NCBI GenBank assembly: GCA_965112735.1
Contig: OZ218959.1
Coordinates: 558,001-622,000 of the forward strand
Length of the DNA: 64,000 nucleotides
From: Phaeosaccion multiseriatum
Lineage: Eukaryota > Protista > Ochrophyta, other classes
Reading direction: 5' to 3'
Below, piece by piece: positions 44,401 through 58,037 of this stretch. The position numbers and the translations under genes are program-made. Position 1 is the stretch's first letter; the number at the start of each line of letters is the position of its first letter. Under the pieces are notes generated by a model. That model was not told where the DNA came from, did no database searches, and was given only the letters and a program-made list of their open reading frames with translations.

Positions 44401-47400
44401 ATGGACCGAGTGAGGACGGCTCTGCGAAGGCTCAGCCCTTCTCTAGACGGCAGCAATCGCGGCAGCAGCAGCCGAAGCCATAGCCCTTCAGAGGGAGGAG
44501 ATGCAGACCAGGGACGTGGCCGTGGCCGCAAGAGGAGCTCCAGCAGAGGTAGAAGTAAGACGAGAGGGGGGAGCCGTGGACGTGGGAGGGGGAGTCGCAG
44601 TGGCAGTACCACGCATGACGCTAGATCAGGCGTAGTAGTAGTCAAGCCGATGGAGCGGCAGGAGGGCGGTGATGCTTCTCTCCGTTCGGAGATGCGCGAT
44701 TGGCTCGACGACTCGGACGACGGAGAAGCACCTGGGGGGAAGGAGGGTGACGAGAACAGAGTCCAGGACGAGGGGGGGCGGGAGTGGCTTGGCTGCTCCT
44801 CTCGTAACCCTTCCGTCCCTTCCTCTCTCACCTTGAAACAAGTCCAGGTAAAGACACCTGGGCCATGCACGCAGAGCAGAGCAGCGCAGGCTGCGAAAGT
44901 GGCGGTCAACAGTATACAGCAGAAGATGCAACAGGCGCTTCAAGAGCAGCAGCAGAACATGCAGTGGGACCTTCAGAGGCAGCAGCAGGAGCAGCAGCAG
45001 CAGGGAGTGGAGAAGGGGCTTCCTTCGACTCCTGAACCCCAGTCATCTCTTCAATCGACGTGTGCTGCTGATGATGCGGCGCCCTACTCGCCAGGCACGC
45101 AGAAAGAGATTGACGAGTGGCTCGAGATCGACTGTGGAGAGGACGAGGAGGGAGTGCAAGCGACGTCTCCCGCCTCTGCGGGTGTGATGGGCTTCTCACA
45201 GCTCTTACAGCAGCAGCAGCAGAAGCAGCAGCACCAGCAGGGGGCAGGGCTTGGGCAGAGTAAGTGTGGACCTCTTCTCGTCGCCATGCCTTCCTCCCTG
45301 CTAGCAATCAACACTGCAACCTCAGAGCAATCGCCGGCCGCTTGGGAGGAAGAGCGCCTCCCAGCCTACCCCTTGGGGCAGGGCAGCCGCACACACAGCA
45401 AAGAGTGCATCTCAGAGGAGCAGGTCGAAGCGAGGAGCTTCACACGCAAGCAGCACCGTCGAGGGAGCTACGGGAGTGGAGGGAGTAGAAGCTTGAAAAG
45501 AAGGAGTAGCGGGAGTTTCGGGCACAATCGAGTAGGCTCAGGGAGGAGGCACCAGCTCAGCGGCGACGCGCACTCGCCCATAGCAGCAGTAACCCTCGGC
45601 CTGGAAGGGCTCGGCTCTCCCGACCTCTCCACTGCCTCGAGCAAGAAGCAGCTCCGGCGCCGCCACTCTTCGGCTCATCATCTCCGCCCCAACATGAGTC
45701 GTGGCCACAGCTTGAGTCCCCTCACGCCGCTGGCCCCCGTCCGGCTGGAGGAGGAAGCGGGGCTGCTGCTACTGCCTTTCGAGCGCAGGACGAGTACATC
45801 TCAAAAGAGAAGTCCCGGTGCGATTGTCAGCGGCGGTGGAAGTGGCACCCCAGAAGTGCCCAAGGAGCGGTTATCTGAAGGAGAGGAGGAGGGGGAGGGG
45901 GAGGATGACGCTGATGCCGCTCCTGCTGCAGCGGGCGATTCTGGGAGCGGCAGCGGCAGCGGCAAGGTGTCGCAGATGCTCAAGTGGATGAGCATGGATA
46001 GCAGCGAGGACGACGAGGACTGGGCCGGCAATGCACCACCGGTAGCTTCTTCTGCGGCCCATGGTGCTTCGGATGTTGGCGTCAGAGGGAGGGACGCACC
46101 CTCCCCGGTGGGGCTTGGCGTGGCGTCCTCGGGCTCCGACAGCGGAGCCAACGCCAATACCACTGCCACTACGAATGCCACTGTCACTGCCACTGCCAAT
46201 GCCCATGCTGGCTCAGGGTCACCTCCAGGTGCGTCGGATGGAGTCGGGTGGAGCGGGGGGAGGGGGAGGGTCCCGAGAGGCGCTCTGCTCACTCACTGCT
46301 CTCCTCCGCAGGTGGCGCTTGCAGTGCTTCTCGCCCGTGCTGCCTCGTTTTCCATCCTCTGCCCCCTGCCGTCCCGTCCCTTCCCTGCCTTACCCTATCC
46401 CCTCCCCTCCCCTTCCCTCCTCCTTCCCTCCCTCCCCTATTTCCGTGAACATTACGAACTTGCTTTTGCAGTGTGTGCTTCCCCCCGCAGCAAGGTGTTC
46501 GCCCACGGAAGGTCTCGCTCCCCCCCCCTCAAGTACAACCCCCCACTCAGCGCCAGCCTGGGCACGGACATATCGACTCGGAGCCTCTCCAAGCGACGCA
46601 CGCCCTCACGCTCGCCCTCCCCGGGGGGTGGCCACACGCACGAGGGCACTTCAGAGGCTATGGAGGGCAGTGTCAATACGGGCCAGAGGGGGAGGGAAGC
46701 CTCGTCTTTACCTTCGGAGGGGGTTGGTAGCGGAAACGGGTCAAACGGGTCTCACTCGCCACCCAATGCAAGCCCAAGAAACAGCATCCGGCGCGTGGGG
46801 GGAAAGGCTCCCCGACCGGTGAGAAGACGAGAGAAGAGAGGAGGGCACACAGAGGTGCTGATTGCACAGCCTCCTCACCACCGTTCTTCCCCTCCTCTCC
46901 TCCAACTTGCTCCCTCCATCCACTGCCATCGCTTCCTTCAGAGCTCCGCCCTGGGCGGGACAGGTCAGTCCTCTTCGTCCTACGGCAGCTACAGCGCCGA
47001 GCAGCTCGGAGCGGGTGGAGGGGACCAGCAGCCGGACTTTCCGACGGCGGACTTCGACGACGGTTACAGCACCAACGACGACATGATGAGCAGTAAGTAC
47101 AGCAACTGGGACATTCATGAGTGTGGAGGGGAGGGGAGGGAAGGGGAGGGGAGGGGAGAAGGGGAGGGGAGGGGAGGGGAGGGGATGGGAGGGGAAGGAA
47201 GGGGAGAAGGGGAGGGGAGGGTTGGGGAGGGGAGAAAGGGGGGGGGGGGGGGGAGGGGAGGGGAAGGAAGGGGAAAATGGGAGGGGAGGGGAGTGGAGGG
47301 GAGGGGATGGGAGGGGAAGGAAGGGGAGAAGGGGAGAAGGGGAGGGGAGAAGATGACCCTCGTATCCTTTACCTTCAATGCCGTGCCATGGGTCTTCCCA

Positions 47401-48263
47401 TCGACTAATCCATCAAAGAGATGTTGGTCCGTTTTTTGCTTTGCCTTGCCCCCACTCATCCCGTATGGCCAATAATTGCCTTGCCTTGCCTCCCCTCCCC
47501 TCCCCTCCCCTCCGCTCAGGCCAAGAAAGCTCCGTCAGCATGGACGGTGGACTGCATGACTTCCTGGCCACAGGCAATGAGGAGTGGGGAGATGATGAGT
47601 CACAGGACACAGAGGGGAAGCTCAGGCTCGAACTCGGGCCTGTGAGGGAGGAGGAGGGCTCGGAGGGGGACTTTGACGACTTTGACGAGGAGGGGGGCAG
47701 CGACAGAGGTGGGTGATACATGAAGGTACACGCATGTACACACATGGGTACAGACATACACACACCATACACACACACATACACACACGCACACACACAC
47801 ACACACCACACACATACATACACACACACACACACACACACGCACACGGCGCGAGGACTTCCCCTCCCCGTGGGCCGCTTTGCCTTCTCGTATACCATGA
47901 ACTGACTCACAGACCTCCTCCTGCTGCCGCTGTATCACCAACTGCTGCTGGTGCTCTGGGGTGCGGCTTGTGCTTGTGCTGGTTCTCCTGTCCGATGGTT
48001 ACAGAAGACGAGGCGTCAAAGGGGAGGGAGACAAGACGCTTCCTCAGCGCCAACCGAGTCGTGCACAACGTGTTGCTCGGAGTGGAGGGACTCGAGCTCA
48101 GCACACTCACCCTGGAGAGGTGCGTGGGGGCGGGCGTGCAAACGCTGCGTGCAGACGGCGGATGAGGGAGGACCTGTAGGAATGTAGGGATTAGGAGGAG
48201 GAGGAGGAGGAGGAGGAGGAGGAGGAGGAGGAGGAGCGCTCGCAGAATTGATTCTTGTCTTGT

Positions 48264-48294
<31 letters not shown>

Positions 48295-48827
48295 CCTGCC
48301 TCAATCCCTCGCTCATTCTCTCCCTCTTTCCCTCTCCCTCTCTCTCATGTCACACTGCCTCTTACTCCCTCGCCCTCTCTCCCTCCCTCTCCTTCCTATC
48401 TATCCCTCCCCCCCTCTCCCTCTCCTAGCCAAGCCGCGGTCATGCGAACAACCCGTATGCTTGAGTACAACCCCGGTGAAGTGATCTGCCGCGAAGGTGA
48501 GGAGTCCCTGGCCTTCTTCATCATCATGGGCCCTGCCGAAGCCGAGGCGGTGGTGACTCAGAGAGACCGACACGGCAGTGGCCAAGCAGAAACTCAGGCC
48601 CCAGCCCAGACGCAAGCAACAGCAGCAGCACCCCCAGCGCAAGGCCAGGGCAGCGCCGATCGCACCTGCAAAGCGTCGGAGTCTGCGCACAGCTCTCCAA
48701 CGGCGGCCGCGGAGCAGCCGTTACAGAAGGCTTCAGCACTTGGGTCTGGGCTTGGCGCGAGCCTTGCCCCTCCGTCGACGTCTTTGCTCGGGGAAGAGGG
48801 AGGGGGAGGGCGGGCTCCCTCCACCCC

Positions 48828-48869
<42 letters not shown>

Positions 48870-51800
48870 CGAGGAGGACGAGGAGGACGAGGAGGAGCAT
48901 GGCACAGAGGTGGTCAAGCTTCAGGACGAGGAGGACGAGGAGGAGCATGGCACAGAGGTGGTCAAGCTTCAGGACGAGGAGGAGCATGGCACAGAGGTGG
49001 TCAAGCTTCACAAGGGGGCATACTTTGGGGAGTGCGGACTCGTGTACTCCCCGCAGAGGAGGCGCAGGGAGAGCGTGAGGGCGCTGACCACGCTGCAGTG
49101 CTTGTGCATAGGGCATGAGCACTTCGGACTATGGCAGCAGATGCGTTCTTACATGATCATGCAGAAGGTAGGGGTGGCGTTGTTGTTGTTGTTTTTGGTG
49201 GTGGTGGTGATGGTGGTGGTGGTGTTGTTCTGGTCGGTATTGGTGTTGTTGTTGCTGTTGTCAAGGCCCGGCAAGAAGAGGTGTCCCCGACGCTCACACC
49301 AGTGCCGTTCCATGTCCCCTCCTCTCCCCTCCCTTCTCTCCCCCTCCCCTCCCCTCTCCCCCTCTCCTCTCCCCTCCCTTCTCTCCCCCTCCCCTCCCCT
49401 CTCCCCCTCTCCTCTCCCCTCCCTTCTCTCCCCCTCCCCTCCCCTCTCCCCCTCTCCTCCCCCTCCTCTCCTCTCCCCCTCCCCCCCCCAGGTCCCCTTC
49501 CTGGCCCAGCTGCCCAAGGCGGTACAGATCTCTGTGCAGCACAAGATGCGCATCGTGGACTTTGAGGATGGGGAGCTCATCGTCAGGCAGGGGGACGCAG
49601 GGGACAAGTTCTACATGATCACCAAGGTAAGCAGGATAGAGGTATATGCGCAGGGTAGACGAGTATGGGCATGGCATGCTATCGTATGGAACTTGACGAT
49701 CAGAAGGCGTTTCAGAAGGCGTTTCAGAAGGCAGGAGAGGCGTAGAGGTGTAAGGGAGAGAGAGAGAGATGTTGACTCTCCCTTCCCGCCATGTTTGTGC
49801 GCCCTGCGCTCCTGTCGCAATGCCGCTCTCTCTCTCTCTCCCACTCTCTGTCTCTCTCTCTCTCTCACTCCCTCTCTCTCCCACTCTCTGTCTGTCTTTC
49901 TCTCTCACTCCCTCTCTCTCCCACTCTCTGTCTGTCTCTCTCTCACTCCCTCCTTTCCTCTCTCCCTGTTTCTCTCTCTCTTCTGGCTCTCTCTCCCTCC
50001 TCCTCTCTCTCTCTTTGTGTGTGTACATATTCTTTATAAATATATATATATACATATGTATTGTATATATATATATGTGTGTGTGTAAACGCCGAGCGCA
50101 GGGGGCGTGCGAGATTACACAGAACGTGGTGCTTCCCGGAGGAGGAGGAGGAAGAGACGCCCTCGGCTGGGGAGAAGGGGGGGAGGAGGTGGACAGATGG
50201 ACAGACGACAAGTACCCCGGGGGGGAAGAGGTGCTGACCCACAAGTACGAAGGGCACTACTTCGGAGAGATGGCGCTTGTATATGATGAGCCGAGAAACG
50301 CCAATGTCAGGGCACTGGGAGCGGTGTCGTGCATCTATCTGGATAAGAGTGAATTCCGACCGCTGCTTACGGATAGGAAGTTCTATCACATGATCGAGCA
50401 AAGGTGAGGGGAGGAGGGAGGAGGGAGGGGGGGGAGGGGGAGGGGAAGGAGGGAGGGCAGGGAGGAGGGAAGGAAGGGGGAAGGAGGAGGGGGGCACTGG
50501 CCTGGCGCAAACCTTCCTTCCTCACGCCACACATTCTTTCTTTACCCACACCAACACCATACCAACACTCAAACAACAGTATTCATAGCATCGTCCTCAA
50601 GAGAGAGAAGCGCGCGAAGCTTCTCTCCCAGAAGCTACCGGGGCAGCAGCAGACAAGGTTCTCCACCCCGGGGGGAGCTCGCCAATCACTTGGAGCAGGG
50701 GACGGCTTGAGCGACGGGGACAGCGGGCACGAAGGGATGGGGCGACGCGAGCGGTACAGTACAGGGGGGGCGGGCGACGGGAGCCCGTCTGTGCGCATGG
50801 GCGTAGGGGGAAGCTTCGCTACCGCTACCTCCACCCCGGGGCATCCGGCCTCGTCGAGGAAGCTCATGAACAAGCGCAAAAGCTTTCGAACCGTTGTCAA
50901 GGCCGTCGAGTCAAGGCTGCCCACGGGCAGCAAGATTATCAACAAGTACGAGGTGGTGAAGGAGATTGGCAAGGGCGCCTTCGGGATTGTGTATCTGTGT
51001 AAGGACACGTCCACCTCCTCCCCAAGCGCGCATGGTGGGGAGGGAGATCGGGGAGCGCTGTATGCGATGAAGGTCATCGAGCGCAAGAGGCAGCGGAAGA
51101 GCATCGGGATCGGGGGAGGGGGGGGGGGGGGGACGGAGGTGGAGGGGCAGGCAAGTGGGACAGCAGGGGTGGCAGCACGCGACAGGAGCAGCTCCTGGCC
51201 TCCCTTCAGAGGGAAGTTGGGGTGATGAAGCAGATCAGACACCCCAATATTGTGACGCTGTGGGAGGTGATTGATGACCCGAGGGCTATTGGGGTGTACC
51301 TTATTCAGGAGTATATGGACGCGGGGCCCATCTTGCCGGAAGGGTACGAGGTGGACCCTCTAGGCGACGAGGAGGCTTTGTTCGTGTTCAAGCAAGCGGT
51401 GTGTGGTCTGCACTACTTGCATGAGCACGGGGTTGTGCATGGAGATATTAAGCCTGCCAACTTGCTGCGCAACAGCGACGGAGTTGTCAAGATTGCGGAC
51501 TTTGGAGCCGCCAGCATGCTCTTCTCGGAGGGGGACAGCAGCAGCAGCAGCACCGGCACCAGCAGCGAGAGAGAGGGCGGGGGCGGGAGTGGGGGTGGGG
51601 GTGGGGGCAGCATCAACAGCAGCGGTGGGGGCATCAGCGGCAGCTTTAGAGCGCCCAAGAAGCTCATTGTGGGCACCCCTGCCTTTATGGCACCCGAGCT
51701 CTTCGCCCCCGATGCGCTGCAAATGATCAGCACCGCAGCCGATGTGTGGGCCCTCGGGGTGTCTCTCTTCCAGGTAAGTTACGTAGGGTTACATACGTAG

Positions 51801-54800
51801 TGAGGTCGCCTGCTGCTGGCTGGTTTGCACCAAGTACGGTCTGACTGACTGGCTTGCTGCTTGATAGGCTTGCTTACAGGCTTAAGAAACGTGCTCTCTC
51901 GCTCTTCCTCTCTCTCTCCCTCTCTCTCTCCCTCTCTCCCTTTCTTTCTTCCTCCCTCTCTCTCTGCCTCCACCCTCACCCCCTCTCTCACAAACCTCGC
52001 CCCATCTCTCTCCCTCCACCAGATGGTTGTGGGAAGGACGCCATTCTGGGCCACTTCCCCCGTGGCACTAGACCATGCTGTCCGCTTCTCAGAGGTGTCG
52101 TACCCGCAGACGATGGAGCCCAGCCTCAAGAACCTCATGCATCGCATGCTCGACAAGGAGCCCAAGAGACGCATCGACACCTCGCAAGTCATGCATCACG
52201 ATTGGGTCACCCAGGAAGGGCTCTGTCCTCTGGAGCTGGAGGAGGAGGAGGGGGAGGAAGACGAGGAGGAGGAGGGGGAGGAAGACGAGGAGGAGGAGGA
52301 GGAGGAGGAGGAGGAGGAGGAGGAGGAGGAGGAGGAGGAGGAGGAAGATGAAGAGGATGAAGCCTTCCCAGCAAGAGGGCGGAACGGCGGCGCAGAGGCC
52401 AGCGACGGAGGGGGGCGGCCGAGGTGCCGACCAAAGCTCAGCCGCGACGACTCCGATGTCGCCCTCTTTCCGACGCAGCAGCAGCCGCAGCAGCAGACAA
52501 GAGATTCGGCCCTGTTCTCACCATTCGTGGACGGAGCCAGCGATGCCATCAGCGATGCCATGGTTGCTGGCGGAGGTGCGTCGGCTCCTCGCCGCCCCCC
52601 TCTGTCTCCCTGCTCTCGGTACTTGTCCGACGACGGTGTGGGCGGGAGGGTGGGTTACGGCACGCCTCAGGCCGCACTAGAGTGGCCCTCTGCCGGCTCA
52701 GAGTCCCAACAACAAGCAGCCGCGGTAGCTCGCCGCCTGCCGCCTCCATCGCCTCGTACCACCTCGGCAAGATTACGTAAGGCATCTGCATCCCTCTCCG
52801 TCTACGCACACGCACACACACACGCACACACATCGGGAGGCGAAGAGGCGGCCCTTGAGGGTGCGGCAGCAGCTCCTCCATCGTCGCGTAGAGGGGCGCA
52901 CAGAAGCAGGAAGCGTTCGTCACTGACGGAGGGAGGAGGACTCCACGACCCCGATGAGGGCAAGGACACCGGCTCGGAGTCCGCTGCTCGCGCCTCTCTG
53001 GAGGCAAGCGCCGCACCGGGCCTGGGGGTGCTGACTCAGAGGAGCGAGGACTCGCTGGCATCGGCAAAACGCTCGAGGCCGAGGCAATCTCTGCCGGGAC
53101 AGGCCCGCACAAGGCACAAGTCACGCCTGGCTCCGTCGCTCTCCTTCTCCTCCGATGTGCTCCGTGGGGCGTCGCCAACCCACACAAGGAGCGGAGTACC
53201 AACAAGTAAAGGGGGGGGATTCGGCCCGGGCTTGGGCCTGCGAGGTCTGCATGGGGGGCACTTGCCGCCGGGCACGCTCGAGCTCATCAACGACAAGAAC
53301 ATTGAGTGCCTCCCCTCCTCACAGATGTTGGACGTTCAAGAGGTAAAGGAGGGAAGGAAGGAGGGAGGGAGGGAGGGAGGGAGGGAGGGGAGTGGTTTGA
53401 AGCTGCTTGCCCTCTCGGTTGCCGCCTCCAACTGCTGCTGCTGCTGTTGTTGGTGTTTTGGCTGCTTGCTGCTCTTCGTGTGATGCTCGTTCATGTCCCC
53501 CTTGTCCCCCCCTGCGCTCCCTTGCCCCCGACAAACAAACTCGCGACATAACCAAACAAACGTACCCCACAGGTCGTCATCGAGTACGGACAAGGGGGGT
53601 CTCGGCGCATCTCATTGACGCAGGAGGAGCGCGAGGCGAACAAAGCGGGCCTCTCCCCCTCCACTCATGCTCCCGAGAGGAGGGGGGGATCCCTGGGCGA
53701 TGGTGAGAGGCAGTCCGACCACGCTCAGGCGCACGTTCGAAGCAGCAGCGCTAGCAGCGCCGGTTCTGGTGGCAAATTGGTTCAGTCTTTCTCGTGCGAT
53801 AGTCTCAGTGCGAGTAACTTCGCAGGGGGAGAAGGCGACCTCGCCTTAGGAAAGGGCGGCGGCGGTTCAAGACGGCAGAGCGAGGGTAGTGGCAGTGGGA
53901 CTGGCAGTGGGGGTGGGAGCGGCCGCCTCAGCTTACTGAGTAGCGCCTGCAGCAGCTTCAGCGTGGGGGGCAGGGCCAGCCACCCCGTGGAGGAGTACGA
54001 TGAGCAGGAGGTCAGGGAGCGTTGGGGGAGCCTCACGCGCAAGGGAGAGTTCCTCATGCTCAACACGGGCATCCAAGTGGACGCCAACACCGGTCAAACC
54101 ACGCGCAAGGGCATCATGATGCGAGCCAAGGCAGGCCGGGCAGGCAGTGTGTCGGCCTTCAGCTCCTTCAAGCACGGCAACGGCTCCAAGAGAGGGGCTG
54201 GGGGTGGGGTGGGCGAGGACGGTAGCAGGCTCCGACAGCACGGAAAACGCAACAGGAGGCGAAGCATCAGCACGGATCAAGTAGGCTTTGGGAGTGGCGA
54301 GGCGATGGGGGAGGAGGGGGAGGAGGAGGAGGAGGAGGAGGGTGCGGCCCCCACTGTGAGGAGCGTTCGGCGACGGAGTGTGAGTGCGTGCTCCAATGCT
54401 GGAGCGTGGGCAGAGAAGGAGCGCAAAAGGCACAGCGTGGAAGGCGTCGTGTCTCTCAGAGACAAGAGCGGGCCGCCTGTCGATCCCTGCTCTGCGGCCG
54501 TTCGGACCCTCTTTCCCGACTCTCCCATTGAGGAGGCAGGCAGGGACGATCACAGCCGCGCCGACATGACCCCGCCGTCCGTCCTCTTGGTTCACGTGCC
54601 CCCTACCCTCCTCGAGAGAAGGTACAGCGCCTCAAGGGGAGCTTCCGACGAGGAGCAGCAGGAAGAGGAGGACGGAGAGGGAGAGAGAGAGACATCCATC
54701 TTCTCGTCCGCTTCCTTGAGCAGCGAACCCCCCTCAGGAGGCCCTGACTCATCTGGCAGCAAGTGCTCGGGGCCCATTCGTCAGGAAGAGCAGACCAGTC

Positions 54801-57628
54801 CGGACAGGGCGTATCCTCTCGACCGGGCTCACGCTCTTGCCCCTTTTGGAGTCAAAGCGTCGCCGGCGCTCGCTTGGCAAGGTATCGGCGGAGAGGGTGG
54901 AAGAGGAGAAGCAGGGGCGGGTGGACGAAAAGGAGGAGGGGGTGGTGGTGGTGGTGGTGGTGGTGGAGGAGGAGGAGGAGGAGGAGGAGGAGGAGGAGGA
55001 GGAGGAGGAGGAGGAGGAGGAGGAGGAGGAGGAGGAGGAGAGGGTGGCGGGGAAGGGGTAGGAGAGAGAGAAGGAGAAGGGGGGGGAGGAGGAGAAGGGG
55101 GAGAAGGGGGAGGAGGAGGAGGAGGAGGAGGAGGAGGAGGAGGAGAAGGAGGAGGAGGAGGAGGAGGAGGAGGAGGAGGAGGAGGAGGAGGAGGAGGAGG
55201 AGGAGGAGGAGGAGGAGGAGGAGGAGGAGGAGGAGGAGCAGGAGGAGCAGGAGGAGCAGGAGGAGGAGAAGGAGGAGGAGGAAGAGCAACAGCAGAGAAG
55301 AGCGACAAGGAGAAGGAGCAACGATTGTTGCAGGACAACATGCAGAGCATTTTGGAGGGCGCCTTCGAATCCGAAGACGGCGGCAGCAGCGGGGACGACA
55401 ATTCAACGGAGGGCGACCTGCTTTCGCCTACATTCGGTGTCGGGGAGGAGGGGGAGGAGAAGCAGCAGGAGGACCAGAAGGAGGAGGAGGAGGAGGAGGA
55501 AGAGGAGGAGGAGGAGGAGGAGGAGGAGGAGGAAGAGGAGGAGGAGGAGGAGGAGGAAGAGGAGGAGGAGGAGGAGCAGCAGCAGCAGCAGCAGGAGGAG
55601 GAGAAGGAGGAGGAGGACCAGGAGGAGGAGGACCAGGAGGCGGCGGAGGAGGCGGAAGAGGAGGACTGGCTCGGAGAAGGAAGCAGCAGCTGCACAACGG
55701 TGCTGCCAGGATTTGACAAAGAAGATGCCCAGAGGCAGCAGATGCGCCTGGCCCTGGATGACTTTACTGATAGCGAACAAGAAGACGGCGACGAGGAGGC
55801 GGAAGAGGAGGAGGAGGGGGAGGAGGAGGAGGAGGAGGAGGAGGAGGAGGAGGAGGAGGAGGAGGAGGAGGACGACGACGACGAGGAGGACTCCTCGTGC
55901 TCCTCGGACGACGACTATGGCGATCTCAATGACGTGGAGGACGTTACGGAAAAGGTGGAGGAGGCGCTGCCCTCCATGCTCGAAGGGGCGGTGGCTGCCG
56001 ACGATCCGGAGTTGCAAGGCCTCTCGCCAGCGGAGGAGGAGACCTACTGGCGAGCCTGTCGCGACGCGCAGCAGAGCAGCCAAGCGCAGCACTGCCCTGG
56101 CAAGGGAGGGGAGGCAAAGGGCGTGAGGCTAGAGCTCCCCCACATGCGGCAGCAACAACAGCAGCAGGAGGGATGGGAGCAGCAGCAGCAGGAGGAAGAG
56201 GAGGAGGAGGAGGAGGAGGAGGAGGAGGAGGAGGAGGAGGAGGAGGAGGAGGAGGAGGAGGAGGAGGAGGAGGAGGAGGAGGAGGACGACGACGAGGACG
56301 AGGACGAGGACGAGGAGGAGCAGGAGCAGCTCGACAGGCGACAGCTGACATCCGTGGTGCAGGTGCGCAACTTCGCTTCGCAAGTGAATCTGGAGCTGGG
56401 CATTCGACACGGCCACAACTCCGTGCAGGGCAACAGGGCAACCATGGAGGACCGAGTCACCGCCATCGGAGACCTGCTGGCCAGGCCTCTGTGGGAGGAC
56501 CACTTGCTAGCCCAGGAGGAGACCCAGGGGGGCGGCAGTGGCGACACCATTGTGTTTGAGGGCCCCTCGGGGGGCTTCTTCCCGCCCTCGCCTGGAGGCT
56601 GCGGCGAGTCGGACCTGTCGGAGGGGGAGGAGGTGAGTGACAGCAGCGTTCTCTTTTCCCCGGAGAGTATAGAGGATGGTCTGGCGGCGCATCGAGAGCT
56701 CGCGAGCGTGGCGTTCTTCGGTGTGTATGACGGGCATGGGGGCTCGAGAGCCGCTGAGATGCTGCAGGATTCGCTCCACACCGCCTTGCTGCAGCAGCCG
56801 AGCCTTCACACGGACCTTCCCCAGGCTATAAGGGGGGCCTGCCTCGAGGCGGATGAGAGCATCCTTCGTAGAGACAGTGAGGCGCAGGAGGAGAGCAAGC
56901 GCAGGAGGGAGAAGGACTGCGGGGCGAAGGAGGCGAAGGAAGCGAAGGAAGCGAAGGAGGCATCTGCGGTGGCACCCGGGGACAGCTGTCCTCTCAAGCC
57001 CATGGCCTCCTCAGGGGCCACTGCGGTGCTGTGCGTGGCCTACGCGGCGAGGCAGGGCCCAAGGGAGGGTCGGGTGCGTCTGTGCGTGGGCAATGTCGGG
57101 GACTGCAGAGCCGTCCTCAGCCGCAGAGGGGTCGCCACCGACCTGAGCGAGGATCACAAGCCCTCGTTGCAGAAGGAGGCGGATAGGGTCGAGCGGGCGG
57201 GCGGCTTCCTCAGCAGGGGCCGCGTGGACGGTGTGCTGGGCGTCACCCGATCGTTCGGAGACATCAGGCTTAAGACCTTCACCTCACCCCCGCCCGGGCC
57301 ATTGACTGCCATCTTCGAGGAGGAGATGTGGGGGCAAGCCGTCATATCCAGGCCGGACGTGGTGACGCTTGAAGTGTCTCCCGGGGACGAGTTCCTTCTG
57401 CTGGCCTGCGACGGCGTGTGGGACGTGGTGAGCAGCCAGCAGGCCGTGAACTTTGTTAGGCGGAGGCTGCTGCAGCACAGGGACGTTCAGAGAGCGGCGA
57501 GAGAGCTGAGTGCTAAGGCCGTGGAGCTGCTGTCCAGCGACAACTGCAGCTGCATAATAGTGTGCCTCAATCAGCAGGAGGTTCGAGGAGGCTTCGTCAG
57601 CCCCGTCAATGTCGCCAGCGGCTTTTGA
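44401..57628 (+). CDS. Very large multi-exon protein: disordered N-terminus, two cNMP-binding domains, CaMKK-like Ser/Thr kinase, low-complexity linker, PP2C phosphatase
   Basis: cNMP: GEVICREGE...GAYFGE and GELIVRQGDAGDKFYMI...GHYFGEMALVYDEPRNANVRA. Kinase: INKYEVVKEIGKGAFGIV, YAMK, HGDIKPANLL, DFG, GTPAFMAPE. PP2C: GNRATMEDR, FFGVYDGHGG, NVGDCRAVL, DHKP, LGVTRSFGD, LACDGVWD, SSDN. Confidence 0.8.
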
Positions 57629-58037
57629 GAAAAGCTTTGTTACACGTGTGGTGGTGGTAGTGCTGGTACTGTACTGGTACTATTTTTGTCTGTTTTTGTA
57701 TAGAATAGAGGGTTTGTGTCGAAGCAGCAGGGAGAGGGAAGTGTACCAAAAATAAAAATAAAAGTGAATGCCTGTCTCTATTGTTGTTTCCTGCCTCCTC
57801 GGCACTGTCGGGGCACCACCGCACCTCTCGTGAGATTGCTCGGCCGCCCGCGGAGGGAAAACTGGGGAATTATACTGTATACACAAACGAGAGGCATTCG
57901 CCCTTCCCTCTCCACCTTCCCAGCAGTGCAGCGAAATGCGCTACCACTGTTGGGGGATACTATGTTGCCAAAATTGAGGTGTACCCAGAGGCCGGCATTT
58001 CTCTCCCGCTCTCCCCCCCTTGCCCCCCCTCTGCTCC

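Noticed and set aside
54749-56781. Long antisense poly-Ser/Pro/Leu ORFs opposite the kinase-PP2C gene
   Set aside because: They are shadow frames of triplet repeats in GC-rich coding DNA.
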